Part shown: one piece after another, positions 1-13,400 of the stretch
Layout: each line of letters begins with the position of its first letter
Position numbering within the stretch: position 1 is the first letter of the stretch
NCBI GenBank assembly: GCA_973895155.1
Contig: OZ316893.1
Coordinates: forward strand, 6,472,963 to 6,536,962
Direction: 5' to 3'
DNA from: Marsupella aquatica
Lineage: Eukaryota; Plantae; Marchantiophyta
DNA length: 64,000 bases
Program-made: the position numbers and the translations under genes
The notes under the pieces: generated by a model
What the model saw: only the letters and a program-made list of their open reading frames with translations
What the model was told of the DNA's origin: nothing
The model's database searches: none

Positions 1-2875
1 CAATCCTTCCCATGAAATTTGAATTTACAGGATCATGATCTATTTAAGGGAGATTCCAGAGCATATTTTGTTTAGGAGAATGTAGGAGAACTTACAAGAG
101 GAGAGACTTACAATGTCTGGAATCCCGTGATCCCATCTTTCCTTGATTCAAGTCAAAAGTGAAATGCCCTTCTCTTTTTTTTTCCCTCGAAAAAACTCAT
201 TAAAATTCATCCAAAAAGCCAGCATACACCATGGGTGGCCCACAAAAGGGGGGAACCAAAGGTCACGGAGCCAAAGGAACCGGAGAGGCTGGCACCAGGA
301 GAGGAGCAAGCCCAGCACCCAGGGGGCCAAACAAGACATTTAACTACTGCAGAAAAAGCGACACAACTCCAAAGATCGGCCAGTGAAGAGGTACGGTCGG
401 GGCACCTACCAGTGGGTCCGTAAGAAAGGAAAAAACAATATAGATCTAGCCTGCAGTGAAGCTCCTACTCCTGAAATACACACTAAACCATGGAGGGCAA
501 GGAGGCACCGGAGGCACTTGTGGGATATCCTCATGGATTTTCCACAGTCCAACCCAAGATCCGTAGTTGAAAGTCACGTAGGAGATGGAGTCACCTAAAG
601 AGATTTTACTGGCCTGAATTTTAAATTGTTGTTTGGCCCAGTCTCTTGGGATATAAATCCCCAGGTGGTGCCAGGATTTCCTGATGACCACACTATCACA
701 AGAACTAGTATGCTCAATGAAGAGTGAACTCCTGTCCTTCCAAAGGATCCAGGAAAACAATGGCCCGAAGGGTATGCCAAAGTTTCAGGGGTGCATCCCA
801 ACCATCCGGGATGGGGGCATCCACACATATGTATGCCCTTCTCTTAAAAGGAGTATGTCTTGCCACCTGGATCCAATTTGAACATAAATTATGGCAGATT
901 GAATATATACCCTGGCTCTAGGTAACTCCTTACCTCGCTCCTTACATAGAGTGGCAGTACTGTAGTGTGCACTTAGGGGAGGCTATTAAACAACAAGGAA
1001 GGACTGTATTGAAATAACTAACTTAGGGGGGCTATTAAACAAGGAAGGTATTGAAATAACTATCCTAATTTTTTTTCATGCCAGGATACACTTCCTAGTT
1101 ACTTCTGATTTCATAACATTGGATAGAAGACTGGCAGGCCTGCTGGCAGGGTTCCAAATTAAAGATCAAATCATTTGACTGAAACGTTGACCCATTGAAT
1201 GATAATGCTATCTTATACCTAGATTCAGTCACTATATAATTAGGAGTAGAACATTTGTTACTATCTTCCACTACTTTCATATCCATCAAATTTAATTTCT
1301 CGTTTGGTAGTTCCCCGGGTAGTCTGTTCATTTCATACATTTTCTTTCCAGAGTTTCCTAGAAACTTCCATTGATCCATTTGGCTTCCATTCATGTCACT
1401 CAACCCAAATGAAGGGTTTATTAAACTAGACTGGTACTCTAGTTCTTAAAGCCCAGTAATTTAGTTTCCACGCTACAAAGGAAAATACACATTTTAAAAT
1501 CCAGCAATGGCATTTAGTGGAACAAAGGTCCAGGCCAGGCTATCAAATTTGACAGCTGATTAATTATAAACAACCCTGATTGATGCCTTTGCATTGCATA
1601 GAAAATGTTGAAGCAAGGCAAAGAAATGAAGGTGAGGCAAAGAAGTACTAAAATGTTCTGTGGTTTGGAGGTGTCATGTGACGCACAATGAGTAGGTACC
1701 AAGCACCCTCAATACTAAGAAAACAATTAATGTTAAGACTACTTTTCCAAGAATTCCTGGCTTGAAGCATTTGCTTGCTCACTTGATTGATCATTGGCTA
1801 AGAAAGAGGACGGTCCAGAGTACGGTGGAAGAGAATGCACAAGAAATGGTCGGATTTTTTAGATCAACAGATGAGGTCAAATGTTGATAATTAGCCATGA
1901 TGGTGTGCAAATGAATCTAACCGAAAGTACTTTTAAGCTAGTCACACTCTTGGGGTCACACTGGTATTCTTTTTAAGGTTATTTTCATTATTTTCTTTCT
2001 ATCAATACTACTAAGGTATGTAAAAATCTTGGGGGTCTCATTATATAGAGGTCCCCCATGACTTCCATGTGTAAGCCTTAGACGGTCCCTGAAATGGAAT
2101 AATGTTTTATCTTTTATCCCTATAAAATTGGAATATTCTTAGAACATTCTTAAATTTTGATTAAAAAGGCCACAATGTACTTTTCAAAGTGCAAAATTTT
2201 CTACTTTCCTTGGAATGGAGGACACGAATATGAAAATTGATCTCCCAAAAAGTTTTGATGACCCTCATTTTCAAACCAATCAAATGATTGAAAGAGATTG
2301 AAGGGAAACAAGCAAAAACAAAGTGAGTTAGGATTGCTGAACAGAAGTGTGCACATAAGAAAGAAAGAAAGCAATTTGGAGGTAAGGGGTGTACCAAGAA
2401 ACGGCAACAAATATTGGGTAGCAAGTTTCCAATTAGTTGAGTTTTTTTTATAAGTTTTATCCGCAAATTTGTTTCCACTTTTGTTGCAAAACCCCATCAT
2501 TGGTTTCAGATATCTTTTAATTAAAATTAAAATGTCTTTTTATTTGGTTTATATATATTCATCAATTCTTTCATTAAGTGTGGTGAGGGCAGGTCAGCAC
2601 AGATGCTCAGATAAGAAAGAGATGTATGGGTATAAAAAACAATTCCTCCAGAGAAGGTTTTTATAAGGCAGGCCCAGGATGGTCTCATGCACACGCACCT
2701 TTCCCATTTTGCAAGCACACAGCTTTTTGGTGGGATGGTTTGTTGTAGTACTTGATAAATTATATATAATGGAATATTTTAATTTAGGGTATAAAAAACA
2801 AGTTTAATTAATTTCAAATGATTTTAATTGGTAAAAAATTCAATTTTGATAATTTCAAATTGAGGGAGAATAGCT

Positions 2876-3871
2876 GACGGATATGGTTAATAGACCCCCT
2901 CCTGGAGATAGTTTGCTTGATCAGCCCCCTGGAAACATTTTTGCCCCAGTCGACCCCCTCTTTATGATCCGTAACCTTTGTTCTTCTATAATTTATTATA
3001 AAGTGAGTTTCTGTCTTACAAAGACCAGATTGGGTCACTTGTCACTGTAGCCATTTCAACCACGAACCATATGCTCAGAATCACAATGACCGAGCGTTGT
3101 CAAGCCGCAACTGTTCCCGGGCCGCAAACTGAACTGTAGGCGTTGAACATTTGCGCCGCTGATACATCGGCATTAGGTTTATTCTCATGTGAAGACATTG
3201 ACATGAATGTCTTCGCTTTATAAACATCTTTCCGTAATTTTTTGATATCCTCCCATTCTGCTTTTCTTGTCCACACTTGAACGGTGACGACTTCTCAGCG
3301 GCTTTTCATGAGGGGCATGGTTCACATGTACAACTGAAGTGAGGTTTAAGGAATGGGAGGATATCAGAAACCCTAAATACCCCTTCATATGAAGAGTTTC
3401 TATAATTTAATTGGTAATGTCTGATCATGATTCAGTCATGGTTGATATGAATGCACTCAGCAAAAACCAGGGCTATAAAGTAGTAAGACAATCACATGAA
3501 AGGATAATAAAAAAAATCTGGATATCAAAAAAATGTGGAATGATGTCTATAAAGCAAAGACATTTATGTCAATGTCTTTGCATGAGAATAACCTTAATGT
3601 CGATGTATAAGCGGCACAAACGTTCAACGCCTACAGTTCAGTTTTTGGCCCGGGAACGGTTGTGGCTTGAAAATGCTCGGTCAGTGTGATTCTGAGCATG
3701 GTTCGTGGTTGAAATGGCTACAATGACAAGTGACCCAATTTGGTCTTTGTAAGGCAGAAACTCACTTTATAAGAATTTTTAGAAGAACAAAAGGTCCTGA
3801 TCATAAAGAGGAGGTCGATTGGGGCAAAAATGTTTCCAGGGGGCTGAGGGGGTCTATTGAGCATATCCCTC
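2876..3871. mobile_element. Non-autonomous Mutator-like (MULE) MITE with long terminal inverted repeats
   Basis: 2876-3228 is the diverged reverse complement of 3542-3871. Ends are GA...TC, with an exact 10-bp TSD GAGAATAGCT at 2866-2875 and 3872-3881. No coding capacity. Confidence 0.85.
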
Positions 3872-4442
3872 GAGAATAGCTTGAAGAACAAAAAGGTCCG
3901 TCCATCGAGGCGCACATATACTGACATTGACAAATATCCATTGCAGACCAATTTAGTGAGAACCGTTTGTAGATTGAACAAAAAGCTCCGCCCATGAAGC
4001 GACAACACGATGTGAAAGGCTATCAGAGACTAAATCTGCCATCTTCTTCATGAATGTACCAATTGGTTGTGGTCTACTTAGGACTCGATCTCAGCAGAAT
4101 GTCTATTGCATTGAGCACCTGATTCTGGTTCTCACTGTAAGAAACTCTGTCTCCATTAAACTGATATTCTCCAAGAAATTAAGAGGTCTGGACTCTGGTC
4201 TGGATCTATATGCATCGTGTCTGGAGGCTTATTTCAAAAAGGATGTGCTGCTCCTCCTCTTGCAATGCTTAGCTTATATCCTTGATTATTCTTCCTTTTG
4301 CGCATTTCTATAAGCAAGCAATGTGAGACACACTGACAGGAGTCTGCTCAACTATGACCCCACGGGCAGAAGAGATCTCTTCTTCCAAACACGCTGCCTT
4401 GGAGCGCGTTTGGATTTAGCTTTCTCAATTAATTTCCCGCTA

Positions 4443-6700
4443 TTACAATTGGAGAGGGCAGAAAGAATACTCATGCCAGTTGAGGAGAGTGTGAGTACAT
4501 TCGATCTCCTGAAATACTATCTCATGCCCAGACCACTTTCCTATAAACAGGGCCAAGTCATAATCCTGTCCAAGCTGGGTTCTAATACCAATTCTTGTCA
4601 GACCGACTATCGTCAAATCCTTCAAATCACTCCTCACAACTGTCACTCCAATCACTTCCTGAACATCCTTCAACGGTTGAGGCCAGTCGTACACCGGCAC
4701 TCTGTATATGTCTAAGAAAGTTGAGAAACAAACCCCCTGGTAAAATGGCAATGGCATTCGCTCTATCGTTAGGTTCAAGAATTTCCATAGAATTGAGACA
4801 CAAGCAGATGACCAGGAGCGCGAAGCTTCGTTGTAGACTTCCAGGGTTGAATTTTTGAGATCAATCGTGTGCAGTTTCTGGTTAATGGTGAAAAAGGCAT
4901 TGGTAGTATATGTCTCTCCCTCAGTCTCTCCTTTTGCAGGTCGGACAAATGTCCATTGGTCCTTGCCTGTGTCGTAAGTGTGCTTAACAGTCATTTTTCT
5001 TAACCCGTCCCTAGAGCAGAAATAGCTATGCATTACGAAAGTCTCCCCAACAGTTGCAAACTTGTCAACCGAACTGTACTTGACTATGTCTGGGAATGGG
5101 ACAGGGGCGACGATATCCCATAGATCCTCGTTGGGGTCATACACTTCCACCTCCACGACTGTCCTCTCAATATCTTTCGTTCCAGCGGGTCCGTTTTCAC
5201 CCCAAAAGACATAAATGTTTCCGTCGTTGACGCCACAAGGGAACCAGGCCCTGACAAGATTCCTTTCCGCGCATTTCGTCCACGTTGTGTCCTGGGCCAG
5301 CTCCCAAGTCTAATGAACATACGTCCTGTCTCGAACCCTTGTTGGAATTATCTAGTTGACATATATATGGCCACATCATAAACCTTTGTTAGCCACTTTG
5401 GTGGAACTTTTCTCGTAAGATCATTTAAGGGGAACCAGCCAACGATCACTAGTTTGGCGCCTCCTCTCTACTTTATCTCTACCACTATCTTAAGCGGTTG
5501 ATCTTAGGTTTCTCCTTCTTACCGTTGATTCCCCGGTCTCTACGGGGTCCTCTCTCCGCTACTTATAATGGCTCCTTCCCGGCACTCTATGTAGCAAGCG
5601 GAACAATCTGCTTTTACCAACACACTTACAGTAGGTGTCGTCATGACCCTAAACAACATAGAGATAGCTCTTTGACTAATTGATAGACTGGAACAAAATG
5701 TCGCCTAATAGCTGCAAACTGAGCCATCTCATGACCGCCTTCTTAATTTGATTTCATGGTTCCCTAACACAATCCCACTCGAGAGGTAAGATGATCATTT
5801 GCAGACTGGACGAGGCAGCTAGAGAATGTCTGAGTTGTTACAATCCTCGCTCTTGATTTGACTAAACTTTGTGAAAGTAAATTGTGAACTGGTCTACGCT
5901 CTGTAGAAGTGTAAGTCTTGAGTGAAGAGACTTGTGGTGTATCTTGCCATTTCACAGTACTATCCAGACTCCAGTCCTCTCAACTTTGATTTAAAACATC
6001 TATGGCCAATTCATTCAGAATCGAGGATCACAGAACTCGCCGGCAGATTGTAAGTTTCGGAAGCACAGTTAATGCTTTGAACTTCGATGAAAGTACTTTA
6101 AGCATTGATACATTAAGTCACAGTACCAGCCGTTTCATAGTCAGACGGATTAAGATTCAACACGATCGGTTCAACTGTGACGGACCTCCCTGGAGCTCTA
6201 CATACTGGCCTTTAAGATTTCTGCCGCGAAAGCATATTTCGTTTTTGTTTTTTTGTGGGACATTTACCATGCTGCTAAGCAATACCTCGTTTCCTTCCAA
6301 ACGCACCGCCTTCGAATAAAAATCTTACCCAACTATGTATCAAATGAACTATTCATAGTAGAAATTTGTTCAATGTATGAATCGCATAGAACGGCAAATC
6401 AGCAGCGAAGTGGACATTAATAGCACCTAATACTTTTTTGGACCCAAGACTCTGGAAACATAATTATCGACTGCGAGATAATTTGTCAAGAGTCTTCAAA
6501 CATAATTATTGTTATGATGGGAACGAGGGGTTGATTGCAGCCTGTAGTTACACGGGCGTTGTATAATTGGCGACTCTTGACTAATTTCTGCCACCTCCTC
6601 TTCAAGCGAGATCTGGTGAACACTCCTGTCCATCGTAGCTTCGGCACGATGTGGTGTATGGTGATGTCGTCAGGAAGTCCCACAACAGTAGCCTAGAGCT
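4443..6700 (-). pseudogene. F-box/kelch-repeat protein pseudogene
   Basis: F-box-like N-terminus (GLPDDITIHHIVPKL...RRWQKLVKSRQLYNAR, 6486-6683). Kelch-like blades (VEVYDPNEDLWDIVAPVP, HTYDTGKDQWT, LEVYNEASRSW) in 4443-5156. Frameshifted kelch pieces at 5084-5379. The middle is not open. Confidence 0.65.
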
Positions 6701-7818
6701 GCTGTTATTAGACAGACGGAGTGCACGGCTGAGCTCAACTCTCTTGGAAGGAGGTGTTGGAATCACCATCATCACGGATTCAGTTCAGACCTCATCACCC
6801 GATTCAGTTCAGAAGCCATCTCGAATCTAAGTGATTGGGTCGCAGCGACAACTTGACAGCTGACCTGATAGTCCACTCATTATCTCAAAGGAATCTTGAC
6901 AACCACGGAAAGGTGGCGTAATAACCATCGATGACAGAAGTGACTGCAGTCCGAGTCAATCACTAACAGGCGCTTAAAAATGAAGAATTAGTTAGTGGAC
7001 CCCTTGGCTAATAAAATTAGGGGGAAGAGTCGATCTGAGCCGTCTCCATTTCTTATCTCCGGAAAGTCGTCTCCATTTCTTATCTCCGGAAATCTCGTCC
7101 GTCTATCATAATGGCCAATCTATGGCTCAAAAGAAAGATCTCAAATATATCTATGGATGGACTCTGTCCGTTTTGCAAATGGGTTAATATTTTTCAAATG
7201 AAAAATTAAATAAATCCAAGCCTTCCTAGCTGTCGATTTTGTTAATTTTACGATCTTTGTCGTCCATTTTATAATGCCTCTAGAAATCTTATTCATCCAT
7301 GTTAGAAGGCGATCTAGGGTGCAAAAGAAAGATCTCAATGAGATTTACGATTGGGTATTTTTTGTTTTGAAAATGAGTAAATAGTTTTGAGTATAAAATT
7401 TGATGAACTTTCAAGATTCCAGCCATTCCTCCTCCGGTCCCGATCCTGGATTTCTATATGTTCTTCCCAGCATTAATGGCCGTACAATACGAAAGGTCCT
7501 TACATACCGGGAGTTGAGGTTTAACAAGGAAGTTATCAAGTTAGTTATTAATCATTATTTATTATATAAAAAATTATTTTTATAAATCTTTGAATTTAAG
7601 TTTTAAAATTGGAAATGTAACTAAAATGGTTACATAGTGACAGTTTTAGCCGTCTTGCTCTTTGCATTTCCAATGTTTTTACTTTTTTTTTACGGCATGA
7701 TGTCCCAAAATTTACACCCAAATTGACACAAACATGAAATCAATGAAAACTATAAGTTTGATTCACAAAACCGATGAGTCTTGTTTGTTGCGGTTGTTGT
7801 TGACGTGGCATGTTGTGA

Positions 7819-8797
7819 TGTCAGGATCCTGGATACTCTAGTGAGATTAGTAACTAAAATGAAATATGCTAAGGGAACGTGACACACAAGCAAGTAGAAA
7901 GCCTCTACCTATCTACATAATAAATCATCTGGTAACAATGCTAAAGGCTTTTCTTGGCAAATAATACTGTGCAGTGAAAATCATCTGGTAACAATGCTAA
8001 AGGCTTTTCTTGGCAAATAATACTGTGCAGTGAAAATCATCTGGTAACAATGCTAAAGGCTTTTCTTGGCAAATAATACTGTGCAGTGAAAAGGCAAATC
8101 GATCTACCTAACGGACTCACGAGAGAGAATCTACTTTCCACATAAAGAACAGAGGGCAGGTGTAACGCTGCTCGGACTTCAGTAAGATAGGGCTCACATA
8201 TGAAGAACGAAGAGGACATGTTATGTGCTACTGGCGGTGCTACGGTTGCCGGGAGGCATCATTTGTTCCATGCAAATAACACGAAGAATTTGGGACAAAG
8301 TCTTGTTCTAGCCACAGAGACACCAGAGATGATATGTCATATATGCCTGATTTTAGGTCTCGCCAAAGATTCTCGTTGGTGTTATGGGAAAAACAGATGC
8401 TTGGCTGTGGTTAGCCGCAGTTACTTCCAACTAAGGTGGTTCGCTGTGGTTTCGCGCGTCTCCTGTTTGCTTACTCTAACGTCTCTGCCTACTCCCAACC
8501 AGAATAGAATCAGACATCCAAAGGGCGGAGGTGTTGCTAAACATTCCTTTATGCCTTCCTTGTCATTAACCAAATGTTTTGTTGCATTGTGAACCTGCAT
8601 ATTCTACACTTGTTCCTAAGTTGCGCTTGCATTCTTTCATTTCCTTGTTGTTTTCTCTTGTTTGCGTTTTCTTTGCTCCTATCTTTGTTGTCCCTGTGTG
8701 AGTATATATTGAAAGCATGCAACGTCGTTTTCCTGAGGCCGTCTCGCTTTTCTGGAATGTCTCTAATATATTTCGCTCTGACCCAACCCAGATAACA
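7819..8797 (-). mobile_element. Possible LTR of a degenerate retrotransposon
   Basis: TGT...ACA-bounded segment with a purine-rich tract (AAGGGGAGTGAAAT on the minus strand) immediately before the minus-strand TGTTA start. No partner LTR or TSD found. Confidence 0.3.
7922..8092. repeat. 56-bp tandem repeat x3
   Basis: Unit TCATCTGGTAACAATGCTAAAGGC...GCAGTGAAAA recurs at 7925, 7981 and 8037. Confidence 0.95.
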
Positions 8798-8953
8798 ATT
8801 TCACTCCCCTTGCAGCAAAATTCTCACAGGTCACGTAAACATCACTGTGAGAAAGTTACAAAATTGGTATAGCTACTGCAGCGATCATGCATAGCCCACA
8901 ACATTTGTACTTACTCTTTTGACAATGGTAACAGATACAAACCTGATATATAA

Positions 8954-9081
8954 AACCTGGCTTGTTGTTATAAACCCCTGAAGAGATATATTATCAACCT
9001 GGCTTGTTGTTATCAACCCCTGAAGAGATATATTATCAACCTGGCTTGTTGTTATCAACCCCTGAAGAGGTATATTATCAA
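8954..9081. repeat. 42-bp tandem repeat x3
   Basis: AACCTGGCTTGTTGTTAT...ATATTATC recurs at 8954, 8996 and 9038. Confidence 0.9.
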
Positions 9082-10298
9082 ACGGACGCAACGAAATTCT
9101 CCTCCTAAAATATAATTTTATATAGAACATCTTGCCGTTGAGAGCGTGATCGATCTCGTCGATCGCATGAGGGAATCTAGTTTGGCCCTCTTCGTACGAG
9201 CTAGAAGGCCCTGGTCGTAATCTGGAGGCTCTCGCTCAATCTTGCAGTAGAAGGAATCCAGTCCTCACCTTCACCATACGGTTCCCATAAACAGGCGGGT
9301 CTTATCGGCTGCAGGAATCGCTGTTTTCCCCCTCCGGACCGACAACAATAAAAGTTCTCCATTGGTTCCATCTTGAGGCAAAAGACGGCATGTAACTTTG
9401 CGATAGCGCAGTCATGATCTATATCTTTGTTTCGGATGATTTCGGACGTGGAGTCAACCTGCCCTGAAGATCACCTTCAAGGGTGGAAGGCAAAGAAAGT
9501 TTCTTCTGGGGAGCCGGAGCCAGCAGTGAAATAGACATGTATGTCAAGATGCGGAGGAGTGTCTGAATCTACTAACATGACAGGGGGGCTTTGTACTATA
9601 CGGCTATTGGAATTGGTAGAGGGAATAGCTAGTTGTTTTGTTCTCGTACGCTCTCCGTTGCTTAATTGCAGTAAACGTGCCACCATTTAGCTCCATCCCA
9701 AACACCGCCTCAAATATATGCCTAGTGACAAGCCTTGTGTTGAACTCGTCTAGGTTCTAATTAAGAGCTTGTAATATGCCAAAACGTCTTGGACAATTAT
9801 TGCTGTACAATAATCTCAGCCTGCAGATTTTATCAAAAAATCGCACTCAGAGATCGATACTTCCAACGGGATAGCCAGTCAATTAGTAAGTCAAAGAAAT
9901 GTTTAGTCGAAGGGAAATATATTATTTGATATCAGGAGGACTGACAAGAAGGTCAGGTCCAAGACTTTTGGAAAACGTAACACATGGTTTAAAGGAAACA
10001 GATTTCATTGTTACAACGGAGACAAGAAGATACTCCATTTGACTCAGGTAGAGAAATATCGAGTACGGGACACAGGCTATTAGATCCTTGGCCGACAAGG
10101 AAAATTCCCTCAAGCCCAGATACACTGTCAGGAGCATACAGCTAACCTCCCGTGTTTCCCACACCTCTTGATGTTTGCACTGGAGGCCTACTCATACTGT
10201 ATCTTCACCTTATCACTGACTAACATTATTTCTCATCTTAATTAATGGCGTTTGTTGATGATGTCGAGACAAAGTTGGTATAATGTTTTTATATCAAA

Positions 10299-13200
10299 CT
10301 AGCTCAATACCCGTGCGTTGCACAAAAGATGTCGACCGAGAGATTGTTGAGAAGAAAGATTTCATGTCGGCCAAGAGGTTGTTGAGAAGAAAGATGTCGT
10401 GTCGCCCAAGATGTTGTTGAGAACAAAAGATGTCATATCGGCCAAGATGTCATTGAAAAGAAAGATGTCGTGTCACCCAAGATGTTTTTGCGGGTGTTTT
10501 TGAGAACAAAATATGTCATGCCGGCCAAGATGTCGGTGAGAACAAAAGATGTCATGTTGGCCAAGAAGTCATTGAGTCTAACAAAAGATGTCGTGTCGGC
10601 CAAGAGGTTGTTGAGAAGAAAGATGTAATCACGACCAAAAGCTTGTGGAAAAAATAGAGGTCGTGTTGCCAATGATGTCGTAATGTGTTATGCCTGGAAA
10701 GGTTTTATTAAGTATAACAATGTTGTTAAGTACAAAATAGTTTAATACCCGTGCATTGCACAAAGATGTCGTGTCGCCCAAGATGTCATTATGTGAAAGA
10801 TGTTGTGAAGTAAAAAGATGTCGTTCAGAGCGATGAAATTGTTTCGCCAAAGATGTAGTTATATGAAAGACGTTGTCAAGTAAAAGATGTTGTTAAGAAA
10901 AAAGAAGTGCCAAACATGTCATCAAGCAAAAAGTTGCCATCAAGTAAATAGTTGTCGTCAAGTTAAAAATTGTCGTTACAAAAAAGAAGTCGTTTAATTT
11001 GCCAAAGATGTTGTTATGTGAAAGATGTCATGAATAAAAATATGTCATCAAGTAAAAAGACAATGTGGTGCCAAATGGGTTGTTATGTGAAAGATATTGT
11101 GAAGTAAACAGATATTATCAAGTAAAAGTGTGCCCTCACCTGACACCTAAGTGCCATCAACGCCAGTGCCATGATCTTTACTATGTCTTTGGAGCTTATA
11201 ATTTTTGTTTTTTTTGCAATGAAAATTGCACACAAAATGAATGTAAAAAATCACCTTAAATATTGGGAGAATAATGTTTTATTGATTACTAGCTCAATAC
11301 CTGTGCGTTGCACAAAAGAAGTCGTGTCGGTCAAGATGTCGTTGAGAAAAAATGCTGTCATGTCAGCCAAGAGGTCATGGAGAGAAAAGATGTTGTGTCG
11401 GCCAAGAGGTCTTGGAGAGAAAAATGTTGTGTCGCCAAAGAGGTCGTTGAGAGAAAAGATGTTGTGTTGGCCAAGAGGTTGTTGAGAGAAAAGAAGTCAT
11501 GTTGGCCAAGATGTCGTTGAGAAAAAAAGATGTGTCGACCAAGAGGTCGTGGAGAGAAATTATGTCAAGTCGCCCTAAAGTTCTTTCATTGAGAGAAAAG
11601 AAATTGTTGAGAAAAAAAAGATTTTGTGTCAGCCAAGAGGTTGTTGAGAAAAAAGATGTCGTCTTGGTCAAGACGTCATTGAGAAAAAAGATGTCGTGTC
11701 GGCCAAGATGTCGTTACAAAAAAATTGTCATGTCAGCCAAGATGTTGTTGAGAAAAAAGATGTCGTGTCGGCAAAGACATTGTTGAGGGAAAAGATGTCG
11801 TGTCGGCCAAGACATCGTTCTGGAAAATACCTGTGCGTTGCACAAAAGATGTTGTTAAGAAAAAAGATTGTTCCTTTCAAACCTTCACCTCCCCCTTTTT
11901 CCCTTTTCCTCTTTTTGGTCTTCTCTTTTTCACATTCACCATCATTCCACTCGTTCACCGCCCCCCTTCCCCACCCATGTGAGATCAAGGGGCTACCCTA
12001 CATTGCGAGTGTGCCCCTCGCCTGAGACCTTGCCATCAACACCCATGCCATGTGCTTCACTATGTCTTTGGGCCATATTACTTTTGTTTTTTTGGCATTG
12101 AAAATGACTCTGCAAATGAATGTAAAAATCACCACAAATATTGGGAGAATAGTTTTTTATTGATCTAGTGACTAAAATATTATTAGCAATTAAATTACTT
12201 TTAGGGACTCTTACCAGTATTATACAAACTTATGATGCACACAATATTGAAATATGTACAATGAATATGTACAATACAAATTTACTTGTGAATATGTACA
12301 ATATTTATTGCAAAGATGTATACTCCTTGATCCTTGTGCATTGTGTTAAAGTCTTTCCCTTCTTTTTTTGTGTGCCTCGTGTGATTATTCTTGCTTGTCT
12401 TGGGCACCGTGACTCACACTAAACTCAATTCACACTTTGGCTTTATTGCTTACCTTTGACCAGATGTTTTAATTTTTGTGCCCTGCAAATTTGAATGACG
12501 ACCACTCTAAAAAGTGGCGCAACTGTGTATTATAGTTCTTGATTGTATGCAGGATTGTATGTAGTCCCCTATTGATTAAAATAGTATCTGAAATTTAACT
12601 CCTACCAAATATTACACTAAACTATGCACTATCTTACTCAATACTCTATTGAATATGAACAATCCTCCCTATCATGGATCATGGAGGGAGGATACTCCTT
12701 GATCCTTGTGCATTGTGTTACTGAGGTCCCTTTTTTGTTTGTTTATTCCATTTGATTCCCTCCTACTTGGACATTGGTGTGACTCTTTTTCATTCATATT
12801 AAATTAAATTTATTTTGTCTTTATTCCTTCCTTCCACCAGATTTCTTATTTTTTGTGCCCTGCAAATTTGAATGACAACCACAGGAAAAGGCATAACCTT
12901 GTATTATAGAAGTTAATGTCGTGAAGTACAAAAACATTGTTAAGAAAAAATAAGTTATGTTGCCAAAGATGTTGTCAAGGAAGATGATGTCGTTACGTAA
13001 ATACGTCATCAAGTAGAAAGATGTCATAAAATAAAAAGATGTAATGATGTCAGTAATGTTGTCATGTCCAACTGAAGATGTCGTCAAGTAAAAGATGTTA
13101 TAATGTCAAAGATGTTGTCAAGTAAAACTATGTCAGGATTCCAAAGATGTTGACCATCAATTAAAAAAATGTCAAAAAATAATATATGTTGTTGCTCAAA

Positions 13201-13400
13201 TGATCTCGCTAAGTAGAAGACATCATTGCGCAAAAGATGTCTAAGGCATAAAGGATATCATTTGGCAAAAGATGTCAATGCATAACGGATGCTCTCATAC
13301 TAAAGATGTTTTTGAGAAACATATCATGAACTGTGCAAGATATATCTGTTAAAAAGATCTCATTGTGCAAAATATGTTATCTAGTGAAAGATGTCATGGC
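10299..13400 (-). mobile_element. Tandem non-autonomous Helitron-like units with AAGATGTC minisatellites
   Basis: Minus-strand 3' ends GTGCAACGCACRGGTATTGAG-CTAG|T at 10299-10324 and 11289-11314. TC-starting 5' ends at 11285 and 12163. A ~150-bp block repeats at ~11130-11285 and ~12015-12163. ~34/17-bp CCAAGATGTCGTTGAGAAAAAAGATGTCGTGTCGG arrays are present. The right boundary is approximate. Confidence 0.65.

Noticed and set aside
1-950. Short ORFs as a retroelement or gene remnant
   Set aside because: No recognisable motif; too degenerate to call.
10330-13400. CRISPR-like array, or real proteins from the ORFs in the AAGATGTC repeats
   Set aside because: Degenerate minisatellite without unique spacers in a eukaryotic TE context; the ORFs are repeat artefacts.
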